Source: the human T2T-CHM13v2.0 reference genome, Homo sapiens
Direction: 5' to 3' (one strand)
Length of the DNA stretch: 64,000 nucleotides
Assembly (NCBI RefSeq): GCF_009914755.1
Contig: NC_060936.1
The notes beneath the pieces were generated by a model, which worked only from the letters and a program-made list of their open reading frames with translations, was not told the origin of the DNA and searched no databases. Position 1 is the first letter of the stretch, and each line of letters begins with the position of its first letter. Position numbers and translations under genes: made by a program. Below are positions 17,491-33,331 of the stretch, piece by piece.

Positions 17491-19427
17491 CACATGTTCA
17501 GAAAAAGCAGGAGGTCTGCTGGGAAGAACAGTGGCAGAAAGGTCAGAAGGTGAACAGAAATGGCTCTAGAACAGAGAGGCCACTGGGACGTAGTAAGAGA
17601 AGGGAGAGAAAGAAGTGCCCATGAACAACGGCTTTGAATGCGAACCTGGGGAGTGTAGACCTAACCAAATAATAATAGAAATACTTTCAAGTAGAATAAT
17701 GGGATGAAACACAGTTGTAGGATAAATAACTTCTGCAGCTGTGGAGAAAGGAGACTGGAGGGATGAGAAACTTGTCTGTAGACAGAGCCAGGAAGAAGTC
17801 CTTGGGCATGGCATGGCAATGGCCCAGTCTGAAAGATAGCGTGTCAAAGAAATTGGCATCTCGCTCTCAGTATTCTGATATCCGTGTGCTGCAACAACTT
17901 ATTCAAAGCCAAGAGGACAATATTAGATTTCCATTTCTGCACTCAGATCTCTGAAAATAAAATGCTTTGACTGACAGTTTCATGTTTTGGTTGACGATAA
18001 CCCTAGTGATTCTTTCCATGATGTAGTGAAGAAACAAAAACATTTCTGACAATGCCATCCAAGGGACATTTGTGTTTTCACTGTATCTGCAAATTACATC
18101 ACATCCTGCCACGTTTTCTTCTGTCCATCTATAAGTTTATGTTTTTTGTCTTTTGGTTATATATATCCTTCTCCCTCACTAGTAAATAGTAATAAACTTA
18201 TTTATGGCCATCTGAATAAAAGTTTTTAAAAAACAATAAATTGGAGTTTATACTAGCCCCAAAATCAGTGATGGAAAAAGACATGATTGCATCCTGGCAG
18301 GCCTGCATTACTGTTTTCTTGATTTCTGTTACGGTGCAATCCATTCATTTTTCTATGCTCATTCCAGCCTTCCTAGACTAGAACGGGGCATTTGGCCTAC
18401 ACATAGTGGTGACTGTTCAGCCAAACTGCTTGTTATGGGGCATCGTCCGCCCTGCTTAACAAGAGTCACTTGTGGAAAAAAATGTGGAAAATCCCATATG
18501 CTGACAAAGGCTCCCAGGATTCCACAATGTGCCTATAATACAAAAACTTTGTTATCTTTATATTTTATTTAGTAATCAAGTAGAAGATAATTTTAGAAGC
18601 GATCACCTTCATTAACTGCCTCTTCTTGTCCTGGAGATGAAGCAGGTGGTTCATGAGTGAGTGATACTCACATGTCACTAATTCCCAATTCTGGGCATCC
18701 ACAGGGATTTGGCACGGGAAATGCTATGCTCTTTGTTCATGTGGATGCCTTTACCTACTTGGAAATAGTATGTTCTTTAACAGAAGTTTCTTTGTCAGAC
18801 TTCATAGCCAGACTGCTCTGTAATAACCAGACATCGAAAGCCAGGTAAACCAAAACCAAACCTCAAAACCAGAGCCTGGAAAATTTTGGATAGGTGTAGG
18901 TGGGAATCTACTCCAAGCACGTATGCTTCCAGAAACAACTCTGAGAGGGCTTAATTCTGTTTCCCAGTGAATTGCACCGTCCTTGTAAAACAACAACAAC
19001 AAAGCACTGCAAAGCCAGAGGACTTTCATGTCATCTGCTTTCAGAAAGTGTCTCTCATGCAGGCAGAACAATGTTGGCGATGCAGTGGTGCTCTTGCTTT
19101 CTGGGAAAAAGGGGTCTCATTTCTGCACCGACCTTACCTTAGACTCTACGGGATATGCTCACCATATGCTTGCTACCCATTGTGTTTCACTTCATCCTAA
19201 CAGCAGTCCTGCCCATATAAGATGCGGCCATTTCTCTAGAGGCAGGAAAACAGGCTCAGCACAAGTAAATGCCCGGCCTGCCTCTGGAGGGGATAACTAA
19301 GTGGCAAGGACACTCGGATCCCCATTCTACCTTTATCTTTCCATCACTACACCATGCCACCTCCTGGAAATCTATATACCACACATAAATGGCAGCATGT
19401 ATGTCTTGGGCCTCTTGATGCAGTAGG

Positions 19428-19465
<38 letters not shown>
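19428..19465 (+). repeat. (GT)7(GA)12 compound microsatellite ~150 nt upstream of exon 2
   Basis: Direct reading. Confidence 0.9.
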
Positions 19466-19613
19466 AGAGAGAATGTGTTTCCCTCCTCCATCCCTCTTGT
19501 GAGTACACACAGGTGAGATGGCTGCCTGCAGCAGAAGCTGCCTGGGGCTGTAGAAAGCAGTTCTTCTCTGTGATAAATGAGCCTGACATTTCCATGACTC
19601 TTTCCATTTCTAG

Positions 19614-19649
19614 AAAATGAAGTGCCAGCCCCAGCCCCACCCCCGGAAG
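19614..19649 (+). CDS. MYBPC1: MYBPC1 exon 2 (36 nt, ENEVPAPAPPPE)
   Basis: ttctag| ... |gtgagt; symmetric phase 1. Confidence 0.95.
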
Positions 19650-20773
19650 GTGAGTAAAAACACTCACTCACACACGTTTGGGCTGCAAATACAGAGGGTC
19701 CATCCCAGCATGATTTGGCCTCCACGGGTGCTGTGAGCTGTGAGCTTTAACCTAACTCCTACTGAGAAGTTGGATGGTGACCATTGTGATAAGTTGAGAA
19801 TAATAAAAATAATACACTGTGTTTATATAATCCTCTTGTGTTAATCTAATTTGGATGGCACTTCATATATATTAGGGGGACAATTCTTATGAAACCTTTC
19901 AAATTATGTAAAAGTTATTATGTCCGCATTTTACAGTGTGGAGGCTGAGCCTCCATCCAAGGGGCTGAAGAATTTGTGAGGCTTTTTCCTATATAGTGAA
20001 GGTCAAACAAACCCACATCTTCTTTATGAGAGTGGGGAGTGGATCCATCTCTACCCTGGAAGATCAGCTGTCCCTTCTCAACTTGACATATGTCACTATT
20101 GAGCACCTCCAGAAACTCCCTAGCAGCTATCCAGAAAGGTTTGGTGACCTCTGAGGTTCAACGTGAGGACCAACTTCTTGAGTTCTTAGCACCATATTGT
20201 CCACCAGCTGGCAACAGGAAATGAGTACAGAGATCCAGTGAGACCCTTGGCAGGTAGGGCAGTCCCCTATGACACACAATATATGAAGCTTGTTTTTATG
20301 TCCACATACACCTAAAGAAGAAAAGAAAATTAAAAGATTAAAAGATTGAAAGCTCAATGTGGCTTAAACTCCCAACATGGCTCTTCAGAGTCATTTATCA
20401 GCCAAATAGCCCCAAGATGGAAGCAACCAAAATCATGTGCATTTTCCCATAAAGACTCCAAAGTGGCCTTCCTCATCCCTCTTCCTCCTTGAAAAGGATG
20501 AGAAACTGGCATCCCACTCAATAATTATTCACTAGGTATTTACCCTGTGCACAACTCTGACCTAACCCTTCAGAGGGATTCAGACATACCTATCATGTAC
20601 GTATTGATAGCTAGGTGCAAGCATATTGTACCAGATGTAGTGGGGAACTCTACATAGAAAACATCTCCCTGTATTCAGTTTGTTTGCAGCCAAGTAGAAA
20701 ATAGAATACAGCCTGGGAAACAATTAAATAAAATGCAGCCAAAACATTAAAACATTAGGCAATATTATAAGAA

Positions 20774-20799
20774 CCCCCCGCCCCCCCCCCCCCCCCCCC
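20774..20799 (+). repeat. poly-C tract (C6-G-C19)
   Basis: Direct reading. Confidence 0.95.
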
Positions 20800-20991
20800 A
20801 CACCAAGCAGTATGTGATTACTTGTGAGTTGCTTAAACTGGCAATGTGTTATGAAGCCAGCAGGTGACTGTAGACCTGGTCCAGCTTAGGTGAAAGCAGG
20901 AGTTTGGAGAAGGTCTCAGTTTCTAATCATCTTTTCACACAAAAACTTATGAGGCAATTATAAAGCTCTTCCTCTTCCTCCCTGGAGATCG

Positions 20992-21120
20992 TTTTTCTTT
21001 TTTCTTTGTTTTCTTTTTTCTTTTCTTTCTCTTTCTTGAGACAGGGTCTTGCTCTGTTATCCAAGCTGGAGTGCAGTGGCACCATCACAGCTCACCGCAG
21101 CCTCAAACTCTTGGGCGCAA
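20992..21120 (-). mobile_element. Truncated Alu (AluJ/FRAM 3' fragment)
   Basis: gagacagggtcttgctctg...ggagtgcagtggcaccatc. Confidence 0.75.
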
Positions 21121-22320
21121 GCAGAGATTGTTTTTCAGGAGGGCAGTTTGAGAAATCTAGCTGCTCACAAGAGGCCCTTTGTCCAGCTAAGAATACTAGA
21201 TTCACACACTCAAACCCTAAACAGTATAGAGAAGTATTACTATGTGTCGAAATGAACGAAAACTGGCTCAGTGCCATATGAGTTCAAACGGGAAAGCTCA
21301 GATTTATTTTCTTTAGATCTTGATCTTGAAACTAGTGTAGATGTGTGACATTCTTCTTAGGATCTTCCTGTTCCTTGGTATGTTTTCTCCTTGCCCATAA
21401 CAAATGTACTTTGACCAACATTGAGTACACTGAGAACCTACTGGCCATTATAAACAAACCTTTCCCTTCTGTTTTTCAGATCAGTTACTGCCACTGAGCC
21501 ACTATCGTTTCCTTTGTATGTCATATTTCATATTCATTGCACAATATTGACTTACTGTTGCTCAAATGTCTCCTCCCAAATTCTGCTAAAATTGTCCTTC
21601 TTAGTTAACTGAGATTTGAATCTCCATTCATCAGTCCGAAAAAAGAGAATGCATTCTTGAAACAATTCTTTTCTTACTGATACCATAAGTCAGATACCAT
21701 TTGCAGGTCTAAACTAATATGATCCCAAACACAGAGAAATGCAAACTAGATGGTCTCAACTGGTAGAATCTGATGTTACTGCTCTTGTTTTGCATTTATT
21801 GCCACTAAACCCAATCCAGAAGATTCACATGGACACTGAAACATTTTCTTTGAAGCAACATACACTGCACACAATTACATATTTTGTACTTTACTAGAAA
21901 ATCTAGAAGTCCAAACTCTTGGAATCATTACATGGGGCAAACTGACTTTTCTTTAAAAAGTCAGTCCCTTGCTGAGGTCTAAAATAAAGTGGCTCACATT
22001 TGTTTTGCCTAATTCTACTCCAGCATGTTATATAACATGATCCAAGTATAGTTGAGTGCATTTTAACAAAATCTGTATTGCGTGTTCTTATGTGTACTTT
22101 TCCAAAAATGATCAGATTAATTGCTTTTCACTAAAAGTTTAGTGTGGCTCTAAGTCATAATTTCTAAATTCATAATTCATGTACAGCACGAGTATTCAGT
22201 ATCATTTATGACCTGTTCTGCTGTCATTTATTTCTTCCCTCCCCCTCTCCACCCCGTTGCTCATCACACAATAAAATGCTTTAAGGCACTTTAAAAAATA
22301 TGCTTGTACTTTCTACACAG

Positions 22321-22362
22321 AACCAAGTAAAGAGAAGGAGGCCGGAACTACACCAGCAAAAG
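22321..22362 (+). CDS. MYBPC1: MYBPC1 exon 3 (42 nt, EPSKEKEAGTTPAK)
   Basis: acacag| ... |gtgagt; symmetric phase 1. Confidence 0.95.
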
Positions 22363-23971
22363 GTGAGTTGGAGGGAGGGAGAGTGAGGCTGAAGTCAACA
22401 AAATTAGAAGCAGAAAGAAGTCAGTAATGATTGTCATGGTGGCTCCATAGAATTTCTCTGCATTATCTTTCGTTCTGCCTTTGCATCTTATCTGCAAGTC
22501 CCAATCAGTATAATGACAAATGGTGCATTGCTAAGTTTCCATTACATGTATTTCTAAAAGAAAAACAACAATGATAAAAATATCACAAGCACTTGTTGAG
22601 ATGCCAGCAAATTAATTGGTAGTTTCCAAGTTTCGACATGCATGCTAAGAAAGAGAGGTGTTTGGTCTTCTTAGGATTATATCAATTGGGAAAATTATCT
22701 GAATTACCCGGTTTTTTTTTAAATTAAATGTTTTCATGTTATTGTGTGAACTGTTCCAGGGTTCACTAATAATTTTGAAGGCTAGCATCTCACTTTGTAA
22801 CACTGACTATGTATTCATGTAGATTTATATAATGATTTCTACAGATACACAATATAACATTAAGAAGACATGTTGCCCCTTCTTGAACTGGAAACTATTC
22901 CTGTAATATTATCCTATTTTTACTTTATATGGAGATAGTCTCATTTTAGAAAATAATCTTAATCATATACTTCTGTTACTCCATGAAATGCTAATTCCTT
23001 TGTCTCACCATGGAAGAAATGATTATCATTACTGACCATCTGTCTTAAGCTAAGGAGCATTAGTCTTTCATAGAGGGAAGTTTCATGAAGGTGGATTAGA
23101 CAGCTTTGCTGTATATGTTTGTATTGTCATTTTAAAAGTGAACCTTTTATTTGCATAATGAATAAAAAAGTTTAAATTTTGGAATAACTATTTCCTGACT
23201 GCAACAAGAAGTTTCTCTTTTTCCTGGACACTGCTCAAAACCATGTTAAGTATCTCTTTGTTCTTGATGTGTCATATTTCATTATCTAATTTCTATGATA
23301 TTCTTGTGTCCTATACATTAGTAAAATACTTTTTTCTTTCTTTCAGTAGATTGGATTACTTTCCTTCAGCTAACTTGAACTTATGCTCTCATAATGAACG
23401 CATAACGTTAGTATACTCACTTTGTCCTTGACCTTCAGTGGCTCCCATGGAGAGTAACATGAATACTAATCCTGGCCACGTGGGCGCAGTTTGAAGGTTA
23501 TTTGCTTATGGAATGCAGACAGTGCAAACTCCTAGAACTCCTTCCATGGGATGGTTTCAAGGAGGTTTGGGCATCCTGGCTGAAATTATTGTAATATTAT
23601 TCTCTACTAGGCCAATGGGCATACACCTCTGTTTCCAAATTTGGAAAGGTGTTTGGGCCAGGCTGCAAGGCTCAACCAACAGAGCAGATGATGTAATCCC
23701 AGAGGGCAAGCTGTCAAAGTTTAAACAAAGCCTGTGCCTGACCCTTAATTTGAAAAGTCACCATATTATACTTGTATGCTTAAATGAGAAAATGTCTTTC
23801 CTTAAAGTCAACCAACCAACAAAAACTCTTTTATTTATGGAGAACACAGCGTGATGAAAGAGCAAGGCTAGATGACTAGGGCATTTTGAAATTAGTAGCA
23901 TTTTTCTGACATTTGCAGAAGATAAGCAAAACCATGACCACATGCAGTTGCATGCCCAGGTACAAAAACTG

Positions 23972-23973
<2 letters not shown>

Positions 23974-24013
<40 letters not shown>
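23974..24013 (+). repeat. (GT)20 microsatellite
   Basis: Direct reading. Confidence 0.95.
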
Positions 24014-24014
<1 letters not shown>

Positions 24015-27000
24015 TGTATATATATTATATAATGGCAAATACATGTATATATATATGTATTTGCCTTACATACCTAGGAAGCAAATCAATTTGGGATAGA
24101 AAGTGACATCCCTAAATAAAGAAGGTAAGTGAATGGAAGTTTATAATAAATATACAGTCCTCTTCATCAAGGACAGAGAAAATACCTATGCAAAAAGTAG
24201 ACACAATAATTACTGCTACTTGTATATCCCCAGTTGAGAAAGGAGCCCTGCACGAGCATAAACAGGATTGATGGGTGCAACCTACCTTTTCTCCAGCATG
24301 AGCTAGAACTCTCCTGCTCTCCCTCCCTCCTCCAACTGTCAGTCTATTTTTTTTTTTTAACCATCCAACTCAGGTTTCACTTCTTTGAACAGCTTTCTCC
24401 TGACCATCCTGGCTTACTTTTATCTCCCCTTCTTTCTCCTGATTTCTCTTGGACCTGTTGCCTCCATCATTCAATCACTCTTGTCTCCACATAATCGCAC
24501 ATTAATGGTTGACTCCTTTTCCTAACAGGTTGTAAGCTTTTTGACATTGGCCCCCTCATCTTATTCCCTCCAGCATCTGGCAGAGAGCTGCACATAGCAA
24601 TCATCTAATGAATACTTGCAAAATGAATGAGCAGTTGAATTTCCATGCTGGCTTAGCTGCTGACCATTCAATGGTAATCTGGATAGATTTTTATTTCCAT
24701 TCAACATGTGTGCTGGGTAGGAGGATGAACATCCTATGTATGTTCTTAGTCACTGAGGGTTAGAATGAGACACTGCTGCAGAACAGAAGGATGATTTCCA
24801 CTGTAAGACCAACTTGCCTAAAGCTACTGAAAATGGTCTTGCCTGGATTTTGGTACATTTTCAGCACTTTAACTGGTCTTCTATTTAATTGGTTGACATA
24901 TATTCAATTAATTGCTCCAAATCTGTCACTATTAAGAATATTATTCATCGCAATCCAGCCTTAACATCATTCCCAGATTGATTGAATCATTCTGCAACAG
25001 CTCAGAAATGTTCTGAAAATGCTTTTTGAAGCCACAGAGAGTAGATTCTAGAAGATTTAATCTTAGAAGTAGTATTTGTGATTAGATTTGCCAACTTTTT
25101 CATATTTGCTAAAAGTCTCTGTCTGGAAAGCAGCCAATTTCCCAGCACGGGGTTTTATGATTGTTTGCTTGCTTGCTTGCTTGCATCTGGCTATCCATCC
25201 AGCTATCCTGTTCCTTAATACTGACCACTTTGTCCTGGGACCTGGGCAAAGTCTTCTGGAATTGAAACAAGAGAGATGACAATAAAGAAATGTGTTTAGC
25301 CCAACAGCAATAGCAGAAATTAGATGTGCAAATCTCCTTTAGAGGAATCATACCAGGAGGCAATGCCCTTATACAAATAACGCTGTCCTGGCTTAGAATT
25401 CTTTCATAATAATTATAGGTAGCAAATTGATGGAACACTAAATATAGATTCTTTTCTGTATGCTCAGTGGGGCCAAAGATTCGCCTTTTATTCTAGCACG
25501 TATTTATTCAGCAAGATTTGCTGAGTGTTGGCTACATGCCAGGCACAGATCTGGGCACTGGGTCCTGCCCTCCTGGAGCCAAGTTACACTTTATGGGGAA
25601 GAACAACCATCAACAGAGGAAGGTGGATTTCAGTTTTGAAAGCAGACAAGAGTCACAGAGGGCCATGTGTAGGGAATAACGTGGGTGATCAAGTGGGATC
25701 ATACTTTTTTTTTGTCAACTAAGATCCAACATCCTATGTCTGAACATAGGGTAATTGGAGTAGGTTTCTGCTGTGCCTCAACAGCTGGCCCTGTGGAAAG
25801 TTCCGAAAATGGTTCTGTGGCTGGTCCAAAAAGTGACAGCAGCATTAGAATCAGAGGCCACTTTGAAGACCTGTACTCATTTCCATGCCTAAGTGCTGAT
25901 ATTTTATTTTTACATCTTATTAGCTTAGAGTCTGTATCTTTTCAATTGGTAAAGTTACTTCCTTTTTTTATTACTGCTTTTGGTAATCGTGAAAAGGGAA
26001 ATAAAAACTTATTTTCTTTTCCCAGGCATTCACCACATAAACTATCGTGAATGAACCCTGTGTGTATTAAATATCTCACATAACCTGAGATGAAGTCTTT
26101 CTTTTTCATGAATGTGACTAGCAGATGAGGAAGTGAGTCAGCAGAAGTTCCAACCTGAATTATGTGATTTTGTTTTAAATTAAAAAAAATGATTTTTTAA
26201 AAAATTTAGGTTCTTTTACATCTGCAATAACATTACCCTGGTGCTTTTTACTAGCATGCTAAAATATTTTTGTACGATTTACCTTTAGGTGTCAATCAGC
26301 CATCTACTAAAATTTCTCCATGCTTAATCTATGTATTCTAATTACATTACTTCTTTGTAATGAACTTTGTTAAAAATTAATGTCACCACACTTTTCAATT
26401 CAAAGACACAGCCACTATTAGGCAAGATTGATTTAATAGATTTGAGGAAGAAAAATTCATTAAATGTACATACTTATTGTAGGATAAATCATGGTTTTAT
26501 AAGCATCAAAGTGTGAAGGCATGTATCGTCTTATTAAGAAAATGCAATAAATTAACCGAATGCCTCAAAACATGATGAATTAATGTTAGCTATTGTTATT
26601 GTCTCCCATATTTTATTGCTGTTGTTATTTTGGTCACAAACACCAGTATGTACTACAACTGATTACTCTGCTTGAGGAATTCATGAATTTGTCTCAGTCA
26701 AACAAGGTATTGTATCAGTATTTCACTGTTTGTTTACAAGTCACATATATTTTAATTTTATAAGCTTTTGGTCTTTATTATTAAATCTCAACAACTGTCT
26801 CAAGTTTATATTGCTTAATTAATTTTAAAAGGCAATTTAAAATCAACCATAGGTAGGAGTTGCTTTATGCCCAAGAGAGTTTGGATAATTATAAGAATGT
26901 ACACATTCTACTATCTCTGGAGTTTTTATTCAGTTACAAGTCTCTCACTCATATTACGAAGTATTTATGTGTACTCCCCTAAAACCCCAGGCTTGTAATA

Positions 27001-27570
27001 TAAGACTGGGTTCTTTCCCTACTTTCTAGAATTTCTTCTCTGGGAACTTCAGTTGTTTAAAGAATCATTTTTACAGTCTTACAAATGCTATTTTCCCATG
27101 ACTTACAGATGAATAAAATTCTGCTTTAGTAAACTGCCCTTCTATGTAGCTAGGGGGAAGATAGCCCTGCTACGCTGAGTGTGTGGTTTCCCTGTATGTC
27201 ATATTCCAACAAGCTAAAATCTGATGTTTATGTATTCATCGTCACCACGTTTAGATAGAAAAAAATGAAATATGACTTACATATATTTTTTGTTTTGTTT
27301 GAAAATGTTGTAAGATGCTACGTCATTCATATATATGTTGTTGAACTGGACACAACCAGAAAGATTTGGATATTCAAATTACCTCCTAGCAATAGAACCT
27401 GGTTTCTATGAAAAATAAGAACCATTAAACATTTCAGTCTCATCGAACTCAACCAAATCAAGCCAGGCAATTTTTTGAGAATTTAAGGTCAGAATCCCAA
27501 TATCTTAACTACATTTCCCAATCTAAAAAAAAGTGCCAGGACTGAAGCAACTTTTAAAAGAAAGGAAACT

Positions 27571-27879
<309 letters not shown>

Positions 27880-28171
27880 AAAAGAAAGGAAACAGTAAAC
27901 TTTGCTCATGTTGATTATGTTTTCTAGCACTTTCATAAATTTGAAAATTTATGTGCAATGAATCCAAGATTGCCAATTGAGAAGTAATTGCTATTTGACA
28001 CTACTGTTGGGTGATCTAGACGAAGACTATTTCATGATACGCTGAAGCGCTGCATTCATATGTATTCCTTCATGTTCTAAAACAACTGTGCATGTCCTCC
28101 AAATAGTCTTAACATTTAGTAGACTTTGAAACTACTCACCTATCAAATTTTTGCTTAAAAAACAGATTGCC

Positions 28172-28474
<303 letters not shown>

Positions 28475-29602
28475 CCCAGACTGCCATCATTACATATTCT
28501 ATGCATGTAACAAACCATCACATGTACCCCATAAATATGTGCAAATATTATGATGTATCAATCAATTTTTTAAAGACAAGATTATTTTTCTTCATTTTAG
28601 TTTCATGAAAGTAAGTGAATACTCTTCTCATTTTGTGTTCTAGGTAATTAACTCAATGTTTCATTATGCTCTGTGCACAAACAAAAAGTAAACCACCACA
28701 AAACCTTTATAAAGTGTTCATTTGAATCAAAATGGTTCAAGCGTCCAGTTTACATTTAATAAAGAAAGCTCCTTTCTAGGACTTGATTGAATTTTAACTT
28801 CATTTCTGTTAATTTTTACAGGACTTTAAATCAACAATCTTATATATTTCAGTAAATAAAAACCTCTGAATAGGTAACAAGAATAAAGTACTAAATACTG
28901 AATTAAATCCATGGCAAGTAATATTATGGGAAAATTGTGAGTTATTTTCGTTTTGAACATGTAAAATTTTAATTATTTCACAGTCTTCTGAATCACGGAA
29001 TTCTTCTAATAGCTCAGAAATACCTATACCGGGCAAATGCACAATGTTGTGGAATGTGAATGCATGCATTTTAGTTCAGGAGAAAAAATTCAAAATGAAC
29101 TAAGTTTGGGAGGTGCTAACGACCATATCATTTCTTGTCACCCCCACTTCCAGTACACATTATTTGCACACTGAGAGCTTTGAGATATCCTGCAGTAAAC
29201 ACATAAACACAAAACAATAAAATACAAGCATTTAATTCCAGCCTAGCATTTTTCAAGCTTCTTTGACCACAGAGAGCTTCCTGTTAAGAATCTCAAATCC
29301 CACATGACCCAGTGAATCACCTCTTGGATTCTGAAGTAATGATATTAATATATTATATTAGTAATTTTATTAAAAAGTAATAACACATATCCCTGTTTGA
29401 CAGTTTGGGAAAAGAAATTTCAGGCCAGCGGGTAATACTTGTAGTAAATATTCTAATAGATTATATAAAAACATACTATTTTATGTCTTTTTGTCAGGAA
29501 TTTTTAAAGCACTTTTTAATTAACATTCCTGGGCATGTATTTCCTGTATCCTGCTTGTACAGTCATATACATTTACATTTTGAAATCCACAATTATTCTA
29601 GT

Positions 29603-29797
29603 TTGCTTTTGTTTTTGTTTTTAGAGTCAGGGTCTTGCTGTGTCATCCACGCTAGAGTACAGTGGCGTGATGATGGCTCACTACAGCCTCCAATTCCTGG
29701 ACTCAAGTAACTCTCTAGCCTCAGCCTCCCAAGTGGTTAAGACTACAGGCACACACTACCAAGTGCTCAGTGTGCAAATAATATACAAGCCCGGCTA

Positions 29798-29839
<42 letters not shown>

Positions 29840-29870
29840 GGAGAGAGTCTTGTTATGTTGCCCAGGCTGT
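29603..29870 (-). mobile_element. 5'-truncated AluJ with T35 linker and internal insertion
   Basis: TSD aaat(c/t)cacaa(t/a)tattctagt (29583-29602/29871-29890). Confidence 0.85.
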
Positions 29871-30006
29871 AAATTCACAAATATTCTAGTATTTTAAGTA
29901 CGAAGATTTTATTATTCATAAAAACACTAGTTTATGCTTTGGGAAGAGCAGAGCAGAGGTTCAGATAACAACAAATGCTCTTTAAGGATGTAAAATGTGA
30001 ACTTTG

Positions 30007-31336
<1,330 letters not shown>

Positions 31337-32012
31337 TAAAATGTGAACTTTGAAGTTCAGATGTTTTTTAAAAGGGAAATATTCTGCACATAAACACTAA
31401 AAGACATATTTTGAATTTCACAAATACATATGGGTAAATATTCAGAAATGATACAGCATTTTCCAACACCAATATAATGTTGGAAAAAATGCTTATAAAG
31501 TTTATATTAACTTATCTTGACTTTTGTTTCTTAAATACTGAGAGCAATTAATCATGAGGTTTTCTGGGTAGAAATGAGTTCTCAGATAGTACATATATAG
31601 GCTTTTATGTCTGTGTCCAAACGAATGTGATATATGAATAAGGTCTGCCATTCACTTTAGTTACAAAATCAGGACTTGAAAACCACTTCCATTATTGATT
31701 TCATCAAGGTTTGATTTTTAGCATTCATTTTTTCCTAACCTACAGTCACATAAAAAATTTGCAGTGTTCCATTTTTAAATCTGTGCTTCCATTTGGATTA
31801 CCCTACTCTGTCAACTTTTTATTTATTATTTTTTCTTTCTTTGCCTGAAATACTCAGGTTTCACTTTTCAGGTACCAAGTTTTCTAAGGCTTGCTCAGCA
31901 GTTGAAAGTGTATTGTGTGGTTTCTCATCTTCTTTTTCAGATTTCTCTTTTCTCAGGTTACTTGGGATGAAGTCTTTTCTCCTTGACTTTTTACTCCTAT
32001 TTCTTGTTTCAG

Positions 32013-32051
32013 ATGAAGAGGAAGTCTCCCCGCCTAGCGCCTTGCCTCCAG
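32013..32051 (+). CDS. MYBPC1: MYBPC1 exon 4 (39 nt, DEEEVSPPSALPP; alternative)
   Basis: tttcag| ... CCAG|gttggg (weak donor); symmetric phase 1. Confidence 0.9.
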
Positions 32052-32294
32052 GTTGGGATAATTTCTACCCTTTTCCCTGCTTTTAAATATATTATTCATT
32101 GACGGTAGAGGAAAAGAAAAGGCAGTGAGCCTCCTTGCTGAGTCAGTGCACAGAGCAGGGGCAACAGTTTTCACCTGTGCTGGCACCAAGAAGGAAATGT
32201 TGGCTTTAATGACAATTTTTTGTTTTACGTGAGAAACTTCTTAGAAAGAGGCATTCTTTGAGAAATAAATAAGATTGGTAAATCTTGGGTATAA

Positions 32295-32714
<420 letters not shown>

Positions 32715-32909
32715 TAAGACACACACTTTTATAGATGCTTTCATACTTGGAGCTCTACTGATTTTCCATCCAAGCCAACTTGTAGGGTTTTTTCCTTCCT
32801 ATCACCAGAGGAGACAGGGTTTAGGGGAATCCAAGAAGGTTGAAGTCAGCACTCCATTTTCATCCCCTTTCCACCCCTCTGCATCACCCAAATCACACTT
32901 TCCTTTCAG

Positions 32910-32945
32910 GTTTGGGTAGTCGGGCCCTGGAGAGAAAAGATTCAG
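32910..32945 (+). CDS. MYBPC1: MYBPC1 exon 5 (36 nt, GLGSRALERKDS; alternative)
   Basis: tttcag| ... CAG|gtgagc; symmetric phase 1; ends with RKDS59. Confidence 0.92.
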
Positions 32946-33331
32946 GTGAGCGCAAGCCCAGAGAAGGCATCCTGACCTCATCCTAATACAATCACTAATG
33001 AGCTCATTTCTTGAAGCTGTATTGATTCTAATCCTTGTCTTATTCAGATTGTAGTTTTTACGGCAATCTTTCATTACGTTTCCTCTTACAAGAAAACTAA
33101 TGTATTGAGAAACAATTAATTTTGCATGATACACACGCATTCAAGGATCTAGCCAAAAATACCACAGGTTTGTTCTATCATTTTTAATATTTAGCAAATA
33201 CACAGAGATCAATCTTCATTTTGGGGATGTACTAAAGTTAGATAATAATTCACATTTTTATAGAACTTTACATACAGATAATAAAACATTTTCAAATGCA
33301 TCCTATCAGCTGTAGCTCCTGTTCTGTGAAG

